A DNA stretch of 63,368 nt, the filler included, from Reticulomyxa filosa (Eukaryota; Protista; Foraminifera), in the NCBI GenBank assembly GCA_000512085.1. It is 18 parts of 18 records of this genome, joined end to end, with 100 filler letters (N's around TTAATTAATTAA, not from the genome) between each part and the next. Parts side by side here need not be neighbours in the genome. Positions count along the whole stretch, not along the records: positions 12,509 to 30,257 come from ASPP01001514.1; 17 more parts are not named here. One strand, 5' to 3'. Shown here piece after piece: positions 14,307 through 26,955 of the stretch. Both the position numbers and the translations under genes were made by a program. The notes beneath the pieces are model-generated. The model made no database searches, had not been told where the DNA came from, and saw nothing but the letters and a program-made list of their open reading frames with translations. How positions within the stretch are numbered: the first letter of the stretch is position 1; every line of letters begins with the position of its first letter.

Positions 14307-14945
14307 GATGAAAATTTTATAACAAAAATAACAAAATTTGGTGGAAGCATTTTAGTCTGGTCATGTTTTGGAGCATTAGTAAATACTGATATATATAAAT
14401 TTTATCTGACGAAATGCTAAAGATCGTCAATTTCTGCTTAGAAAATAAAGAAGATTGGATTTTCCAGCAAGATAATTCAACATGCCATAAATCGGAAAAA
14501 ATTATGAAATGGTTAAAACAAAAAAAATTGAAATAATGAATTTTCCTCCAAATTCACCTACTTTAAATCCAATTAAAAATCTTTGGTGGATAGTAAAGAC
14601 AAGGATTCACAAAAAAGAACTATTTAATACTACGGAAGAACTTTGGAACCAATTCGAAACAGAATGATGTAAAAAAATAAAAACAAACATTGTAAACCTT
14701 AATAAAGTCGATGCCAAAGAAAATACAGTTAAAAAATTCAAAAAAGAGTTAACATGTTGGAATTAAATTTTAAAAACAAATCTTATCATAATCAGGCAAC
14801 CACAAAAAATTTTTCTTAAAGTAAATGAAAGATTAAAATTTTTGAAAAAATTGGAAAGACTTAATAAAAACCAACGATTTGTAGATATTTTTAAAAAAAA
14901 TTTTAAATATGTTTTTTCATGGAGAAACACAATTATCTCTATAAG
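14307..14945 (+). mobile_element. Tc1/mariner transposase remnant with inner part of the right TIR
   Basis: Manual frames: KFGGSILVWSCFG, WIFQQDNSTCHKS, FPPNSPTLNPIKNLW (catalytic E replaced by K), LIKSMPKKIQ. 14877-14940 matches the reverse complement of 61010-61090. Confidence 0.85.
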
Positions 14946-15039
14946 GTGGCATAATATTAATTTTTTTTATCAGGAAAATCTAATCTTTGGATATTAACTT
15001 TGCCAGTAACCAACCGACAAATGATCAGCCTCAGCTTCA

Positions 15040-18000
15040 TTGATGCATCCACGTGATAATGGTTCATTCATATCTTGGTGCCAACACTAGATTATGACCA
15101 TTGAATCGACCTGATCATCTGATATTTGTGATACAACTTTACCTCTTTGTGTTGTCGTCGCCATTCAAGAGGAAGCTGTGAAATAACGTTGACTGTCATA
15201 AGCACTATTCTAGAATGCTGATGCATATTCGAGACTCAGAATGATGGTCTTATATCATAAATTATATGTAGATAAACTTGGTCTAACACCTTTGTACGGA
15301 CATAAATATATTAAATAACCAAGTTTTCCCGCTGCTTTGACATAGATTTAATTAACATATTTGGAATAAGTCATGTGAGAATCAATAAAACAGTCCAATA
15401 TATTTCACGTGATCACATCCTTTAAATTTAATTGCTGCAATGTTAATTGCATCTTTTGGAAATTTCCTTTTGTTCTGACGTCTGAATGTGATGCATTGCG
15501 TCTTATCAGCTGCAAGCAATATCTTCCATTTTTTGGCCCAAACGGATACTCATTCTTTAACGTTTGATTGTGGATATTATCTGGACCTTGAGCTTTGTAT
15601 GGAGACAAGTGTCTCAAAGCTTCAATAACTTCCCCCTTTGTGATATCATTAATTTTCATCCGATTCCAATGGTTTGGATATCACCACACCTTTTGGAGGT
15701 TGAGGTGGCTCTGCAAATGTCTTTGCCAACAGGTACGCTTTATCAGCATCTGATCTCGACACTGAATTAATCTGCTTATTCACCAATGCTAGAATGACGC
15801 AAATCTTATTTGTGTTTAATGCTTTAAATTGTGTAAATAAATTGCGGATATTTCCTTCGTGCAACGAGTTAATGCTGTTTACCATATGTTGATACTTTTC
15901 CAATTCAATTTCCTTCTCAATTGCTTGGCGGCTCTCTTATATAGCATCAAATTCCTTGGTGTTCTTTGCTTTTTAAACTCTTTCGTAATCGACATAAACT
16001 ATCCTCCACCATGTCATGTTGCCTTTTCAAATTGTCTTGATCCAATTATCGCTTCTCCAGCTTTAACAATACAATTGGATCAATATATTTCATCCAATTA
16101 TCAATATTCTTTTTCAATCTCAATCTACACTCTTCCCATTTATTACTTTCAATCTTTTGTCGTTCAATCCGTGATGAGCCACGTGGTTTGATATTGAACG
16201 TGATTAGTAGGATGATATGATTGCACATCTAATTCGACATCATTCGTTTTCCAATTACTAATCAATGGAAGAATATATGATGTACACAATGTATTATCAA
16301 TGCTTGATATTGCATTATCTTTCATGTATGTGCAATCAAATGGTAGGGTATATTGTAATTCTTGCTCGAATGCTTGTAAATTGAAATGATTACACTGCAA
16401 GTTTCGATAAAAACTGCAAAACAGTGAAGGTTTCTTTTGATCAGGACACTAAACACGATTCATAGCCAAATGCAATAAATGTATCAGTCATGTTATTGAA
16501 CGATTTAGCATTGTCTTGATTTTTGTTTTGTAGCCTTTAAACTAATTGATGTCCTACCACTTTGTTGTTATTGTTCTTCCTTTTGTTTTCATTCTATTGT
16601 TGATAGCATCAGCGTACAAATATTGTTCGATTGGAATGCTTTGTGGTGCTTTCTTCTTTCCTTGTCAATTTGATTTCCAGTTTTTCTCTTGCCTTACGAA
16701 TTACTTCGCATTGCACTGAATCACTTGGATGGTTTTTCTTGCACAGTACATACACATCGATATCGACTTGGATAATTCTTGTGTCGACACTTCGATGTTT
16801 CGTGGTCTTCGATCCACAATATTTACATTTCTTTCCTTTGGTTGGGCAATCTCTTGCAATATGATTCAATTTGAAACATTTCGACATTGCTTAAAACGTT
16901 GCTTGGGTCTTGATTTATTTTTATCATGTAAGACACTTGTGCCATTGCATATCCAATCTGAATCTCCTTGTCTCAAGGATCTTCACCACCATAACTACTG
17001 GCATTCTGTCGAATCGTTTCACCTTTTCAACTGAATAACCATACTCTTCCAATGTCTCTTTGATTTCGTTTTCGCTTTCCCGAATTGGAACGTTTCTCAA
17101 TATTATTCAATTCAGGATTAAATGCTTTTGCTGTTTTCTTTTCTTAATTTCGTCGGCATAATTTCGTCAATAAATTTGGCATTTCTGTTGTCGTATGAAT
17201 TGCTTGGATTGCCCTTTGCCTTTCTCCGACAAAGATTGTTGAATGTTTAGCATTTACATTCACAGCAAAATGGATATAGATTGATCTGAGGTTGCTAGAA
17301 AATGTGTGAGCGATAACACTTCTAGCCAGCTGATGTTTGTTCTTCAAGCAAATGAACTTAAGTAGTGATTTTGGTGTAATCACCAATGTTGTATATGAGG
17401 AACATAGGATATTATGTCGGACTTTTGATTATAATTTCCACATGCTGGCAAAAGTAATTTCTTCATCTTTCCTTTTCTCATCCACCTCAGGGCGCATGAC
17501 AACTTGCAATTGTACTTGCGAAGATTGTTCATTCGTTCTTCTCTTCTTGGCATTCATATCGAAAATGTCACCATTTTTGGCAATTTCCGCTTCTTTGCCT
17601 TGCTTGTAATACTGTCAATATCCGTTGCTGATTGCATGTGTTGACTTGGCCTTTGTGATAATAAAAGCCCAGAATTATTGATACCAATACCAGGATTACC
17701 AAATAACACATTTAACATATCCACTTTAATTCCAGGTTTCAATGTCCCATTTGAGACCTTGGAATTACAATCAGCAACATCACAAGTTTGAGAATGTGCT
17801 TGCTGCATCTTTGTTTTGAGTTTTAAACAAAAGTATTATAGCTCCGGATTGACTTATCTCAAACGCAAAATATAGACTGTTAAAAGCAGAATTTCTTTTA
17901 TAAGACTGTGTTTCTAGGCCTGAGTATAGCATCTATCAATTAAGTCTGCAAAGGGATACATATAACCCCGTAACAACCTCACTAAAGAATGGGGGTGCTG

Positions 18001-18153
18001 ATTATACCTTTATTTAGCCGCAAGCCTTGCTGAACGGCTTTCTTATTATCACCCCGCTCAGTAAAAGACTCTTTCCTTTAACCGTGCCTCAAAAAATATT
18101 GGATTTGTACTGAACCGATTACAGTAGCCTCACCCAAAAATAAATTGCAACAA
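15040..18153 (-). mobile_element. Internally deleted LINE relic: 5'UTR, gag-like ORF1 with zinc knuckles, APE end, RT ends
   Basis: ORF1: LRNVPIRESENEIKETLEEYGY, QC.KCFKLNHIARDC..KCKYCG, C.LCKKNHPSDSVQC. ORF2: SYHP.ITFNIK, KAQGPDNIHNQTLK, WAKKWKILLAADKTQCITF, YKTII.SLEYA. Many frameshifts and stops. Confidence 0.85.
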
Positions 18154-18489
18154 TTACGTTGACAGGATATAACAAAGAGTTAAAAGCCACACTCCACTCA
18201 CAGTATCACAAAAATCCAACTACTATAAAAATTGTTATATCATTATAAAAAATTTTACTATTCAAAATTTCTTCGGACTTTGTTTTTCAATGTCTTGTTA
18301 GTTTGAAGTTTTCTTTTCGAAATCTTTCGAGATATCTAGCCACTTGAAATATTCTTGAAGCGATACTTTAAGTCTTGTAAGATTTTTAGATTATTATCGT
18401 TGATAATCAATTTTTTTTTGTAAAAAAATATCATCATTACTAAGCAAAGCAAATAACAAAAGGAATGACAATTTGAAGTCATATAGAAT

Positions 18490-18983
18490 GCTAAATCGAT
18501 TGGCAAATCATCTGGTGTCTTTCGTTTTATGACCATTCGCCTTGTGCCATTTGTTTCGACATCCATATCATTATTCGACATCACTTTGAATTGTCGTTGT
18601 TGGTTTCTGGTATCAGTCATATCAATACCATATCCAATTTCATATCCAATGCTGCCATACATACTGGCATTTGATAGTTCGCTAGTTGCATATATGTTCG
18701 TAAGTGTAGTTAACATATCTGACTTACCATTAGATTGGATTCTTGATCCAATTCCAAATAGAGTATTTTGTCCCAACTTGTCTTGAAGTACAATTAGTGT
18801 AAAAACACCTCGCTTTGGCCGTCCGGATCACCTTCACAAGCCTTGTTATCAGCTAGTTGGTTTTGCCCGATGTTCAGTAGAAGTTAACAGACCCTCGGAG
18901 TTCTGCCAAACACAAAAGACTTGTATTTGCCTCGGTATTGCTAATTTCCTGAAAGCCAACACCCCAAAAATAAATTGCAACAA
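18490..18983 (-). mobile_element. Probable 5' end (UTR plus ORF1 start) of a second, related LINE
   Basis: Shares TTGTTGCAATTTATTTTTGGG and further ordered blocks with 17990-18153, followed by a low-complexity ORF ending MDVE..KRK, like an ORF1 N-terminus. Confidence 0.4.
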
Positions 18984-20547
18984 AAACTTTGCCAAAAAAA
19001 GTAACAAAGTGATGAAGTCACATTTAACTCGCAATATTGATATTATTCTGTAATATAAATAGATTACTGTTCATATGTATGCATCCATATCGATTTAAAT
19101 GATCGCACAGTGGTAATCTCTTTGAATGTTTTCATACTACAATTTCTCGTTTCAACGATGAAATTTCATTTTTTGGTTGCTGTTCTGTCACTTTAGGAAG
19201 TTTGTTTGAAAAAATATTAATTTCAGTCTAACTTTGTAACACAGCAATATTTTTTGCCGAATTTCACCAAACGATAGAAAAAAGTTTGTTCTATCGTCCT
19301 AAACTGATTTGGACACTTCAATTTTATTTTTGGTTTTTAAACTTTGCAATTAGTGGTCATTTTGTGTAAATTTTGATATAATTTTCTTTCTGATTTGAAA
19401 ACGTGAGTTAACAGCCAGCTTTTTTGTGAAGACATTGGAAAAAGTTAAAAGGAGAAAAAGAAGACAAATAGTTTGTTTGAAATTAGTATCATTAAAAAAT
19501 TTAATCATTGCCTATAAAGAATTTGGGATTTAGTAAAAACTTTGAAGTTTAAAAAAATTTTATTTGTATGTTTTATATAAGGTTTGGAGTCACGCATAAT
19601 TTGAAATTTTACAGTTGTCGTGTTTAATAATAAAGATACTACAATTCAAGCAAAAGAAATTTTTGTTGTGCTTTCAAAGAATGTAACAAATAAAATCGGA
19701 GTAATTAGGAATAATCTATATTTGCAACAGTTTATCTGGCTTATCAGTTCATATTTGTAAAACAATAAACCAAATTCATAAAACAATTTGAATTGTACAA
19801 CTAACAAAAGCTAAAATTGATAATAAAAAAAAACAGAAAAAAATCAACCAAACAAAAAGAAAATACCCCGTCACGTTTTTCCACAAGTAATTTCTATGGA
19901 AAAATCAAACTATTTGATATTTTTCGTGTTGATTTGAATTAATTCTGATAATTTACTTGAAATATTTTTCACATAAATATCGAACTATTGTCCATTGACG
20001 CTTCGTAACATCATTCGAAAAATGGCTCTTCTATAAAGCTGTATAATATTTAATTTTTTTTATATTGTGTCCTGTCCAATCCGAATTATTATTCGTTACA
20101 TAATACTGAATTCTTGGAAATAAAAATGAAACCAAAAAATACAGATGAGTGTATTTCAACAGTATAAAATGTGATTATGACTACTTTTAATTCAATAATT
20201 CGCATTGATAAACTTCATTTCAATTTTTCAGAAAGTAATTGTTTTTTAGTTTTCATCACCGTGGTGATGGCAATAAATTTGTTGACTTCTAACAAGTGCA
20301 AAAAAATTTAAGATCTATAAATAACGATTTCTTCCTCTTTATTTTTTTCTGCTTCCAGCTCTTAAGCTTATTTAAAGTAATTTAACAATTGACAATTACT
20401 TTGATGTAAGCCACATTTAAGATTAAATACAAAGAAGTAGCGTTTTTTGTGTAATTGTTTAATAAAAAAAAAGGAGCTCATAAATTCAAATTTTCAAAAT
20501 CATCCAAGATCAATGTTTTTTTTAATACAAACATAAATGGCGTGAGA

Positions 20548-21709
20548 ATGGATATTCATACCAACGAAAAAGATATTACGATATCACACATGGTAGGTGT
20601 TTCATGTCTACTTAACAGCCTCAGTGTAAACACGTTCCTTTGAGTTGACAGTCAAACACAGTCAGAAAATCAAGTAAAACTAATAATTCAAAATTGGCTT
20701 CGAGTTTTGGACATTAAATTAGGATGGATTAACGATTTTGACAAAATTGTTTTCAAATATGTTATGTTATTTGCTTTATTTTGCATCATCAATCTAATGT
20801 TTGCGTTTATATAATCGAATGTAGGCTAAATATTTTCAATTGTTGAAAAGCATACAAGGACATAATGGCACTATAAAGTGTGTAAGATTTTCACCAGATG
20901 GCAAAAGCATTGTTTCGTCGTCAGGAGATAATACTGTTCGAATATGGGATATCACAACAGGAAAACAAATCCAAATTTTCAAAGGGCATTTGAGTCGGGT
21001 CAATGTTGCAGAATTTTCACCTAACGGACAAATAGTTGCTTCAGGTTCAGCTGATAAAACAATTCGATTATGGGACGTAAAATTAGGAAGACAAATTAAA
21101 AAAATTGAAGGACATCCAGATTGGGTGTGGAGTGTACACTTTTCTCCAGATGGTAAATATCTTCTATCAAGTTCTTCTGATGAAACCATAAGATTATGGG
21201 ACGTGAATAGTGGAAAAGAGATTCAACAACTGGTAAATAATTCAGGTATTGCATTAAGTGCAGAATTTTCTCTAGATGGTCAAGTAATTGTATCGTCATC
21301 CGTTAATCAAACAATTGATCTATGGGATGTAAAATCACATAAAAAATTAAAGCAATTGCTAGGACATTCCCATTCTGTGTGGCATGCAAAATTCTCTCCA
21401 GATGGTAAATCTATTGTGTCTTGCTCTTATGACAAAACAGTTCGAATATGGGATGTAAATTCGGGAAAAGAGCTGAGAATTTTGGAAGGGCATTTAGATT
21501 TTGTAAGAGATGTGAAATATTTCCCAGACAGTCAAACTATTGTTTCTTGTTCAAAAGATCAAACTATTCGGTTGTGGGATGTGAAAACAGGATTTGAAGT
21601 ACAGAAATTTGGAGGACATTCTGATTGGATAACAGGAGTTGACATTTCACCAGATGGCAATATAATTGTATCATGTTCTGATGACAAAATAATTCAGATC
21701 TGGGGATAA
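20548..21709 (+). CDS. Seven-repeat WD40 protein, 3 exons (20548-20592, 20662-20760, 20825-21709)
   Basis: Seven regular GH..V..V.FSPDG..IVS.S.D.TIRLWD repeats. GT-AG introns give the in-frame leader MDIHTNEKDITISHM-SENQVKLIIQNWLRVLDIKLGWINDFDKIVFKY. Confidence 0.93.
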
Positions 21710-22446
21710 AAAAACTTATACAACCAAAAAGCAAAGTTATTTGTTAAAGAGAAAAATCGAAGTAACAGCTTCAGGACATAAAATAAAAGAAAGATCAATA
21801 CCGTATTGCACTAATTTTTAATGGATTAAAATAAAACATAAGAATCATTACTTAAAATTTTTGAGAATAAAAGTTATCTATAAATCTTTTACAGAATGTT
21901 TATTCCCAACATTTTTGTAAATAAATAAACGAAAGTTTATTCTAACGTTTGTATATTTGTCATCAATAAATATCCAAAAAAGAATTGTGTCTTTGCTTGC
22001 GAACAAATGACAGTTTGATTATAATTATATTATTAAAATTCATTCATCAAATAATTTACTTTGTTCGAAATCAACGTTGAAAAAGTTAGTTGAAAGTCAT
22101 CAAATATTGAATAACTATTTGAATTTATTATTTGAACCTTTTTACCAAGCTCAACGAACTAGTTTGTTGACTTTATGAAAAATAAAATCAAACGATTTCG
22201 ATTAGAAGAAATAATTTTTTTAAAAAATTGATTTGTGTCACTTTATTGAAGGAAGTTGTTTTGTGTTGTTTTGATGAAATTCAACAAAAGTTTGTATCTG
22301 TGAGAATGAAATATTCTTTGAACGAGTGGACACCTTCTCATTGTATTGAGATAGATATTCTTTTGCATTACCACTATCGCAAAAAAAAAAAAAAAGCACG
22401 AGAATTGAAAACAAAACAAAATACGAAGCAATTCTACGTTGCACAA

Positions 22447-24535
22447 TCACAACAAAACCTTGACATTTTTCAAATCAGATTTTATTTCAAATTTACAGCC
22501 TGTTTTGGCTTTGACATCTTCCAAAGTTGCATTATCCAACAGTTCAATCAAGTGCAATCCATCAGGCTTGATATCAAAGACGCACAAATCAGTAATGATC
22601 CGTTTCACACATTGCATGCCAGTTAAGGGTAAAGTACACTTTTCCAAAATTTTGGGCTGTTCATTTTTATCGGTATGTTCCATGGTAACAATAACATGGC
22701 TACCACTGCTCACTAAATCCATGGCACCCCCCATTCCTTTCACAAACTGTCCCGGTACAATCCAGTTGGCAATATCCCCAGTGGAAGACACTTGCATTGC
22801 ACCAAGAATGGAACAATGCACATGTCCGCCACGAATCATTCCAAATGATTGTGAACTGCTAAAGATCGATGCTCCCTTCACCGCAGTGCAAGTTTCTTTA
22901 CCGGCATTGATCAAGTCTGGGTCTTCTTCCCCAGGATAGGGGTATCGTCCGACCCCTAATATGCCATTTTCCGATTGCAGCCATAACTTTACATTGTTTG
23001 GAAGAAAGTTTGGCACGAGCGTAGGAATTCCAATGCCCAAGTTAACGACCATGTTATCTTTGAGCTTTATAAAAAAATATTGGTGTTCCCCCCTTCTTTT
23101 TTTTTAAAAAGTTTGGTTTTATATTAAAACAAAAAGAAAGCCAAAAAAAAGCAATTTGCAAACAATTAAACTTCTTGGGCTGCTCGTTTCACAATTCGAA
23201 ATCGAGATTTGTGACGCTCTTTAAGATTTGACAGGTCCATTTCTTTGTCGTCGCTATGGTTTGGATCGGATAACTTGAGTAGCTACAAATTAGATCAAAA
23301 AATCAAAAGATCGAAGAGGAGAGAAAGAGTTAAAAAAACAAACAAATTGTTAAATATGCAATCGTCAACAAGAAAAAAGAAACAACTCATATCTTTGATT
23401 GCAAAACTTCAATTCTTTTTTCGGCATTGTGTTTGACAACAGCATCCACATAAGCGCCTGACAAATGAATGTCTTCCGGTTTCAAGTAGCCCAAAGGAAC
23501 TAGTTCTTCGCATCCACAATGGTAAATTGGGCCGCTTGGGCGCACTCTGGATTGAAGTTGCGAGCAGTGCCGCGAAATGTGCAATTGCCAAATGGATCGG
23601 CTTGATGGCATTTCACTATCCCCACTGCGCCAGTAATCGCTTCTTCCAGCAAGTATGTACGCCCATTGAAATCACGGGTCTCTTTATGCGTCGAGTATAT
23701 TTCCACTTCGCCTTTGGAATCATATTTTATCGGTACCTTTCATCATTTCATTTCCCCCCCAAAAAAAATAAAAAATAGAAAAACGGGAAGGCGCAACTTT
23801 TTTTTTTGAGAGTCTGGAGGTGTGCATAAAATAAAGAGAAAAAAAAAGGATGAATAGAATATAGATCAGAAGTATATTATTATAAGCTCGCTTTGTTGAC
23901 ACAAAACTTTTCCCGTATGTATCCAAGTACCAACCCCGGTAGGTGTATAAAAGGCAGGTATTCCTGCACCACCAGCTCGAAGTCTTTCTGCAAGTGTTCC
24001 TTGTGGCACAAATTCAACTTCTAATTCTCCACTTAAATATTGTCGAGCAAATTCTTTGTTCTCACCAACATATCTAACACCAATGTTAATGTTCATTCGA
24101 TACAAATCCCACAAAAAAATACAACTGCTTATATTCCATAAAAACATTTGCGACGATTACTTTGCCTCCTTTTTTTTTGAAAAAAAAGAATATTCTTAAC
24201 GAAGACATCATGCGCTTGATTTGTTTTCGGTTTAGAAGCATCCCTAAACCCCATTTATCCAAACCGCAATTGTTCGACACCACCGTTAAATCGCGTACTC
24301 CTGTGTTTGCAATAGCATGCGCTAATCCGATCGGAGAACCACTTACTCCAAATCCACCTGCCAACAACGTGTCTCCATTCTTTATTTTACTCGCTTTTAT
24401 TGCTTCATCGCACGTTGCCAAAACTTTTGTGGAGAAATGAGACCTCAATTTGTATTGATTGGCCCTTGAAATGGCTATCTTACAATAACCAATACGGAAC
24501 ATTGCGTGAAATATTTGCCTTGGTCTCATATTCAA
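22447..24535 (-). CDS. OXCT1: Succinyl-CoA:3-oxoacid CoA-transferase (SCOT), mitochondrial, about 5 exons
   Basis: [54 protein letters not shown], catalytic [21 protein letters not shown]-rich transit peptide. One missing A near 23513 (IVECEELV). Confidence 0.93.
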
Positions 24536-25399
24536 TTGAATTTTTTTTCTCTTCTCCTTTCGGCCACAAGCAAGTTTTCAGCAGTAATTTTTTAATTACG
24601 CGATTTTGTTGGTTTGTTTTATGTACTGTTTTACTTGCCTTTTCCATGAAAGAATATGGAATCCATAATACACAATTTATTTTTTAAGCATAAAGTATTT
24701 TGCCAATGAAAAAATATTTGCACGATTGTTGGCAAAGAACTACTTGAGTGTCACAAGTTGACCAGAAAACAGGTCTACCAAAAAGTTGAACTTATTCATA
24801 GTTTTTATTTTTGCCAGTTACTCGAGCATTTTTTGTAATTTATGGAGTTGCTGATTGGAGGAAAATATCGCATTTGACGAAAGATTATGTCATGAAGTTT
24901 TGGCGCTATTTATCAGGTAAAAAGATATAACAACACAAAAATGAACAGCGTTCCTAGTCTAAAAAAAACAAAAACAAAAACTTCTTTACTTTTAATTAAA
25001 ATGAAAAAGTGGGCAAAAATCAATATTGGCGAAAAAGTAACAATTAAATTTGAATCAGTGAAAACGAAAAACCACACATTGGTCCACGAATATACAGTAT
25101 ATCGCCCTTTAACTGGAGGATATGTATACTAAATGTCGGTTTGTTTGGACTTGAGTGGCTTCTTTGTGTTGGCTACTTACATTAGTTGTTTCAAGCTTAA
25201 ATTATTCAAGAAAAGGACAACATGATTCGTAAGTTTTTTCTTTTGGTTGTTGTGAAGTTTATCGTCAACGTTGTCTTGTATATATTACTGTGCAACCGTG
25301 AAAATTAATAACTTTGTATTGTTTTTTTTCAAACGAAAATAAATATTGATTTGTTAAATTAAAAGACAAATGTTCTAATTATTAAAATTTACAAATACA

Positions 25400-26300
25400 T
25401 TCGTCAATAGTTCCAACAAAAATGAATTTTATTTTTTATTTTATACTTTATATTGTTAAGTTGATGTTTTACTTTCAATTTTACATTATTTATGTTATCT
25501 TAATCTTCGTCGATCTAGTTGTCGTTAGCTATATGCTATTTAATAATTCTATATTAGTTGTAGCTGTTGCTAACTTGTTATATTCTGATTTAATCTTTAA
25601 TTGTTTGTATTTGACATAGTTCAAAGTCTATTGTTATTATATCTTTTCTTGATTGATATACATTATTCATACGTAAATTAATGATTGCAATATATATGGT
25701 GTTGTTCATGTTTGATTGTAGTTTGATTTATTTTAAAGCATTATTATATTACTTTCAGTTGTATTTTCATAAAAACTTGTAGCGAATGTAGCTTTTGCAC
25801 TAGCAATTATATCTAGTCTTGACTTGTAACTAGTTGAATGTATTTTATTCACTTATTTGTTTTATCTTAATTTATACTGTTAATTCTGTTGTACATTCAA
25901 TTATCATATTCGAAGTACTTCTTGTGCATCCATATGCGATATAGCATTGTATATTTATAATGAAGTTTATATCCAATTATTTTGTGTGTTAGTCTATATC
26001 ATATATCAATACAATTGTTTTGTTTGCACTATCACTATTAGTTTATTTTATTTCTCGTTATTGGAGTTTGTTCCAAATACGTTCGCTTTATTTAAATATT
26101 ATATCTTGTCCTATGATGTTCGAAATTTCTTCTGTTTTGTTTTCTTTTTATTCTTCTACAAGTCCAGCTAATTAGCAATACTGTAGTTAATTTATATACT
26201 TTTGTCAAATCGTTAAATGTTTATTTATGATATTGTATTGCAATGCCATACTAGTTACAGTAGAAGCTTCATAAGAACGATGGAACCCTTTTTTTCCTCA
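25400..26300 (-). pseudogene. Heavily mutated, CC/GG-depleted relic, possibly LINE RT
   Basis: Only one CC/GG in 25441-25920 by manual count, with many CTAG/TAG. Faint RT-like order on the minus strand (TSYK, ITIDFE). Confidence 0.3.
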
Positions 26301-26955
26301 ACAGCATTCTTTCACTTTTCTGTTTTTCTTATTTCCGGTCAGTGAGTTGTTTATCTTGATTATTTAACTACTTTTGTTTGCCTTTTGAAAACACCTTTCA
26401 GTAATTACTTTCTTATTATACTTGGTGCTACCTCAATCTTCATACAATATATCTTTTGATTTGTATAATGTAATGTAGTTATTTTCATCCGTCAAAGTTA
26501 GTACATATCATTTATTTATTCATTTATTTCGAGTCGGTGCTTCATTTTACTGCTTAGAGCGGTAGTAACTATAACAGAAAGCTTACGCAGTTCGGTAGCT
26601 AATGTCATTTTGACTTTGCATAGTCTGTCGCGTTGTGACTTCTTGAATTGCCTCAAGCTTCTATATTATTAATCCTAGCAAGCATTTGATCAAATTTTTT
26701 TGATTTGGAGAAAATGTATTTATTTTATTTCCCACTTAAAACAAAAAGTGAACACATTTCTTCTTTTAGTTGATTACAAAATGAGATTTCATTTCCAAAA
26801 TGGAAATTACGATTGAAACTGATTAAATTTGTGTGCATTGAATGGTTGGGTGCATTGGTATTTGATTGCAATTTTGAAGAATTTATGTTAGACCTTTATA
26901 ACAAAAAGTTTTTTGATACATAATTAAAATACCAACAAACACCAAAAGATGTATT

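Noticed and set aside
18131-18153. Sm-site-like AATTTATTTTTGG suggesting U2 or another snRNA
   Set aside because: No U2 branch-pairing GTAGTA or other snRNA hallmarks nearby.
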